Shown here: in pieces, positions 59,242 to 64,000 of the stretch
Position numbering within the stretch: position 1 is the stretch's first letter
How the letters are laid out: every line of letters begins with the position of its first letter
NCBI GenBank assembly: GCA_027604505.1
Contig: JADIIX010000024.1
Location: 1-64,000, forward strand
Direction of reading: 5' to 3'
Origin: Gonapodya sp. JEL0774
Lineage: Eukaryota
Length of the DNA stretch: 64,000 bases
Notes under the pieces: model-generated
What the model was told of the DNA's origin: nothing
The model's input: only the letters and a program-made list of their open reading frames with translations
Database searches by the model: none
Made by a program: the position numbers and the translations under genes

Positions 59242-62200
59242 TCATTCCTTTTTCAGACTCCCTTCGTTGGCATCCACCAATGCCTCCACATACTGTCAGA
59301 GGATTTTACTTGTCAAGCCCACACTCGAGACCAGAAAAAACAGTTGATATGGACTCACATCTTTCATCAATGCACCTATAGCAGCCGCGTGTATTGTCGA
59401 GAACACGTACTTCACACCTGCAACAAGGTTGGAAGGGGTGTGAACTGAGGTTCCAAAAATCTTGAAAGGTATCGCATGGACAAATATTCTGACCTTGAGT
59501 CACGCTCTCCGTTACAATCATGATGCTCGTTTGTGATGGACTGTAACTGGCGATCGTGTCATAAGGGCAGGAGATAAGAGGGTCTTTGCCTTGCCGGGCT
59601 AGAATGTGCACCCCCGTCGCATTGACGGCAAGCCAGCAGTCCGTTGGCATTTCCGACGAATATGATTGCTAAAAATCCAACCTTCAGCTCTATCAACGGC
59701 AAAGCCCAGACATGGAGATAACTCACGCTAACTTCGAAAACAGTAGATCCAAACAAAGGCCACTGTTTCAAAATATGCAGAAAGTGTTTCTGTACCTGTC
59801 GTGCGGTCTCGCCCTTGAGATTACTGTGTTTGATTGCAACGTCCTGGTCGAGTCCAGGCTTGTGGAATGTTTCCGGAAGGAATCGGGTGATAAACTCTGC
59901 GTATGGGATTTTGGCATCTGGGCGGTGATCCCCGTATTCTACCTGTGCTTGAAGTGCGACCAAATCTGTAGCTTCTTCTTCCGTGAGAGGGAAGCGGTTC
60001 CATCGAATGTCGTTCATGACCTGATACCGAACAAGTTCCTCCTCTGCATCATTGCTCTCCTTCTCGGTAAGGAACAACCGCTTTTTGAATGTAAACTTGA
60101 GTTTCTCACGAGACTGGGTTGCCCGTGCGAAGTTCTTGGGTTACCATTGATGGTTAGATGCTCCTCAGTGGCAGAACGCTTGAAAGAAAAACTCACATCC
60201 CATTTGAAAATAATATCTGCAATTTTCTCGCGGGAGTCCATCGCTCGTTCTTTGTGAAATGACGTTCATAATTTTTTGTCACCGACACTTGACCACAAGA
60301 ATGTATAGAACCCACCAAGTCCCCCGAAGCTCTCGTAAACTGCAAAGCCTTTACTGCCTTTAAGGTTACATTTCTCCTTAAGTTGCTCGAAAATTTCACC
60401 AACAATGGCCGAAGCCTCGACCATCATCGCGCGGAAAGTGCCGTCCGCAAAGTGGAAGCGCATCCGGATGTTGCTAAGTTTCTACGTATCGATTTTGTGA
60501 TCTGATGGGTTGGCAAGAAATCCAAATGGCAAAAAGTGCTCGAACCCACGGATACAAATATAATTTCATCCGTCGATGGCGGACACTTGCGGTTTCCCGT
60601 TGCGATGGTTTTAAGAAGTGTCTTGTGAGCAAATTTGGCGAACTGCTGCTCGCCAACCCTCTGTTTTTTAGCCTTGGGATCATCAGTCATGCATTTCCGA
60701 ATGTGCGCCTTCAGGTAATCCAGGAATTCTGCCGTTGGTGCAATGACTCCCACAGCTACACATAGGAGTTTCCAGCCTGCAATTGAAATGGGGGAGTCGA
60801 TCTCGGGATTCTCTGTGGTGATCTTAATGAGCTGCATGTACATTTCATTGCAAAGAAGGGGCTCCTCGATGCACTTCGTGAGCAGTTGTTGAATAATTGA
60901 GGAGAAAGGAGCAACAGGTGGGTCTGTATTGATGAATGGAGGTTGGGGTGGAACGATACCGCAGTATGTTTGGAGGACTAACCATTTCAATAAGTCAAAT
61001 AGTGGCACGAAGTGTAATTTTGCGACTTTGCCACCACTTACAAATGTAAAAGTTAACAGCTTGCTCTTCCAAATCTTGGCTACCCAGATTTGTCAAAGGG
61101 AATTCGACTCTGACCTTGGAGTAAGCCCAGTCAGCTTCAAAGTACTGTGCCAGTGCATCCATCGAGGACGCATCACCCTGCGCAAGTTTCCGTAAGCTGA
61201 CCGTGCTTCGTGCTTTGGACACGGTTCCAACAGCTTGGAGTTTCTTTACTGTAGAGGAAGCCAATCCTCTGGGTCCATCCGGTCCCGGTACCCGCATACA
61301 CTTCTTGGCCAATAGCGCTTGCCGAGCTTTATCAACATCGCGCTTGGCCGACCCGTAGTCTATATCTCCGTAACCTTCCTTCTTGACCTTTTTCTCGGAC
61401 TTTGCAGGAGCGTAATCCTTGAGCAGTAGACAGATCTCCTCAGACCTCGGAGTAAGAAAGCTGTAGTGCTCTACTATTTCGGCCTCTTCGCCGTTCTCAT
61501 TTTCCTTCTCCGCATCATTTGAAATCTTGAAGACATTGAAGGTGACTGTGTCATTTGTAAAGTTCCACGATTGGATTTGCGCAAAAGGGAACGTTAATAT
61601 CGTAGCCTTCAAAATTGTGTGAAAGGATGTCAGCATATCTCAGAATGTGGTGAGCACACCGTACATCACCTTGGATTTTGGATGCATGAACTCCACACCA
61701 GAAAGAGAGATCACCAGCAAAACGTTCTCGGCGAAACTCCAAAAACCTTTGTACTTTGATGGCATGAAAGTGTGAAATCAGAACAATATCAGCTGGTTTG
61801 TTCCCACATTACTGTTCTCACCTTTGCAGGGAAGAATGTCGCACCGTACGTGCGGAAACCCTTCACCGCTTCCAGGTAAAGGACTTCTGCTTGCATTGGC
61901 GACTTCCCCTTAAGCAACTTGTAATTTTCGATGACCGCGTTCGACCAATACGATGGTTGCTGTTTGCCGTAGATGGATGGTGGTACATGCGCATCTAACT
62001 TTTCAAGTTTTGACTTTTGGGCATCGGTGAAGTCGCCGTTGATTGTTTGCAGACGTAAAGCGGCTAGTTGAATAGCTATTCGCTCCTGGAGAGGGTAAAC
62101 ATCTTTGGCAACGTTGTCTGCTGCCTGGGAAAAGAAATAGCGTGAGAACGAGAATGACGAAAATAAGCCAAAAATTTGGGCTCTCGATTACCTGAGCAGC

Positions 62201-64000
62201 AAGAAGGTGATACTCTGTAGGATCTGACAGAATTTCCTGAGGATTCCGGAACACCCTCCTCTTCATCACAATCCGTGGTTCACTGGTGCTCGCTTTTTAA
62301 ATGGAAGTTACTGAAAATACAAGAATGAAGAGAGGGACAAAAGTCATTCTTACAGTTGGTAGCTTCCTTTTTGTGTCCTTTTGCTGTGGCTAATGAGGGG
62401 CTGCCTTGACCAATTGATCCGTCGAGCTTTTCCCACTTCGAAAGAAGATCCGATATGTATTCTTTATGTTTGATCAGGAGCTCTAGTGAGTTTGTGCAGT
62501 ATGGGGTGATTGTTGTCCCCAAATAACTATAATGTTGGAATACACCCAACCCACCGTCCTTGCCACGACATTCATATAATGACCATCCCGCTGAGTCCTT
62601 CAAATCAATGCGTCTGGAAAGATCTTTGATCGCTTGCGAGGCTGTCATGACAAGATCCGTCGGGAGGACTTTAACTTGGCCATCTAGAAGCTGGACTCGA
62701 CACATCACGGGACTAGTTGTCTGGAAAGGCAATGTCAGGTATCCAACATTAAGTCAAAGATATAATGGAAGGAGTCCTGGTACAATCACGTACAACAACA
62801 GCTTGAATCTCAGATGAGGATGGGGGAAGCCGTTTTGGTCCGTTCAAACTAATTTGCTTCAACCCTGCTCTGGCCATGACAACAAGTTTATGAAGCGTTG
62901 ATTGATCTACGCAAGGAGAAATTATGTGGAGAATGTTCTAGGAGCAATCGAGTATTAAAATCGACATTAAAGTCTGCTCACCTTCTTTGTCTTTCGATTT
63001 CGTTTGCTCTTCTGTCCGCCGGATAAATGCCAAAAGAAACTTGGAGAAAGCTTTGCCCGCGGGGAAAGCGGACGTCGCAAGAGCCATCATTATCCAGCCG
63101 TTTTGCCGAATTTCGTTCCAGCTGTGGGAGAGCCAATCAAAGTCAAAGCATCCGGGTGCAACAAGGAGGTGTGAACGCACTTCTTCGGCACCTTGGCAGG
63201 CTCTGAAACCTGTCTGCATATCTGAACGAAGATTTCGTCTCGCAATTCAGGGTACTCGATACCAATTGTAATAATCTTTTTGGCAGCAGCGAATGCATCA
63301 TCGGGCTTCTTCCAGTTCGCCTCGAGGACTTTGAACAGCACTGTCGCGAATTCACAATGAATATAGAGTACCACACGATTAGAGGCGGTCTCCATGACAA
63401 GCAAACAGAAAGACTCACGTTTGAACGTTTCACAAGGAATCTCCACCAGCTTTTCACCCAATGCTGGCAGTCGGCAGATAGACATGGGAATAACGTCCTT
63501 CGTATAGGTGAGCATGTCCTGTATATCGAGCATCTTCGTCTTTTTGGCAAGAGTGCCACTTGTTTTGGAGTGGAACTACAAGGCCGTTAGTGAACGTCCT
63601 TCGCGGTGTCACAAGATGCTCTCACCTCAAAGTATTTTTCCCCATATGCTTTCATCGAAAATTCAGGAGCATTAATGTCAAAGTTATCCTTGGCATCGAT
63701 GCTATCTGCGGAGCCCTGATGATTGAGATTGTCATACCACCAGAGCACGGATTGCTAATATCTGACAACAGAACCTACCATCTCAACCAAGTCTTTAATT
63801 CGTCCGTTGGATCGAAGTTTCTTTTCGAGAGCGAGGTTCGTTCCACTTTGAGCCAGGTTTTCTTCGGAATCCGGCACTTTCTGTGTCTGCTTCCTTTTTA
63901 TCGTCATTTGACCAATCTCAGCATTAAGATTATCAAACATGCGTGAAAGGTCTTCATTTTTCGGCTTTGCAGGCTTTCCCTGGTTGGGCTGCTGGAAATC
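59242..64000 (-). CDS. Tandem MyTH4-FERM/MyTH4-FERM protein, 5'-truncated by window edge (possible unconventional myosin tail)
   Basis: MyTH4-1 (MLTYTKD.IP.S, ELRDEIFVQICRQ, GW..MAL...FP), FERM-1 (CRVQLLDG, GWSLYE), MyTH4-2 (WAYSK, NEMYMQLIK, GWKLL, RKCPPS.DEI), FERM-2 (FHFADG, GFAVYE, LVALQAQVEYGD, WPLFGSTVF, WLAVNATGVHIL). Confidence 0.88.

Overview
Eukaryotic, intron-rich (GT-AG), gene-dense genomic DNA. It is most likely from a flagellated early-diverging (chytrid-like) fungus; this is an inference from fungal-type Fab1, Rpn2 and Fpr3/4 occurring alongside RIB43A, CXorf58-like, PUF60, HAUS1, LRRC58-like and a tandem MyTH4-FERM gene. Recognisable genes, in order: Rab6/Ypt6, PUF60, Arp10, HAUS1, LRRC58-like, Dbp2/DDX5, Prp16/DHX38, PTPA, an SDR, RIB43A, Rpn2, Fpr3/4-type FKBP, CXorf58-like, a Gfo/Idh/MocA oxidoreductase, Fab1/PIKfyve and a 5'-truncated double MyTH4-FERM gene. 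About 0-3.3 kb and 40-50 kb are gene-poor, with orphan or degenerate ORFs and an assembly gap. The most striking unexplained signal is in the introns: most are about 50-90 nt, but nearly every long one I examined folds back on itself through nested complementary segments, often using G-U pairs valid only on the transcribed strand. The most elaborate examples are in two RNA-processing genes (PUF60 and DBP2), suggesting structure-assisted splicing and possible autoregulation. All family assignments come from motifs recognised by eye; no database searches were run.
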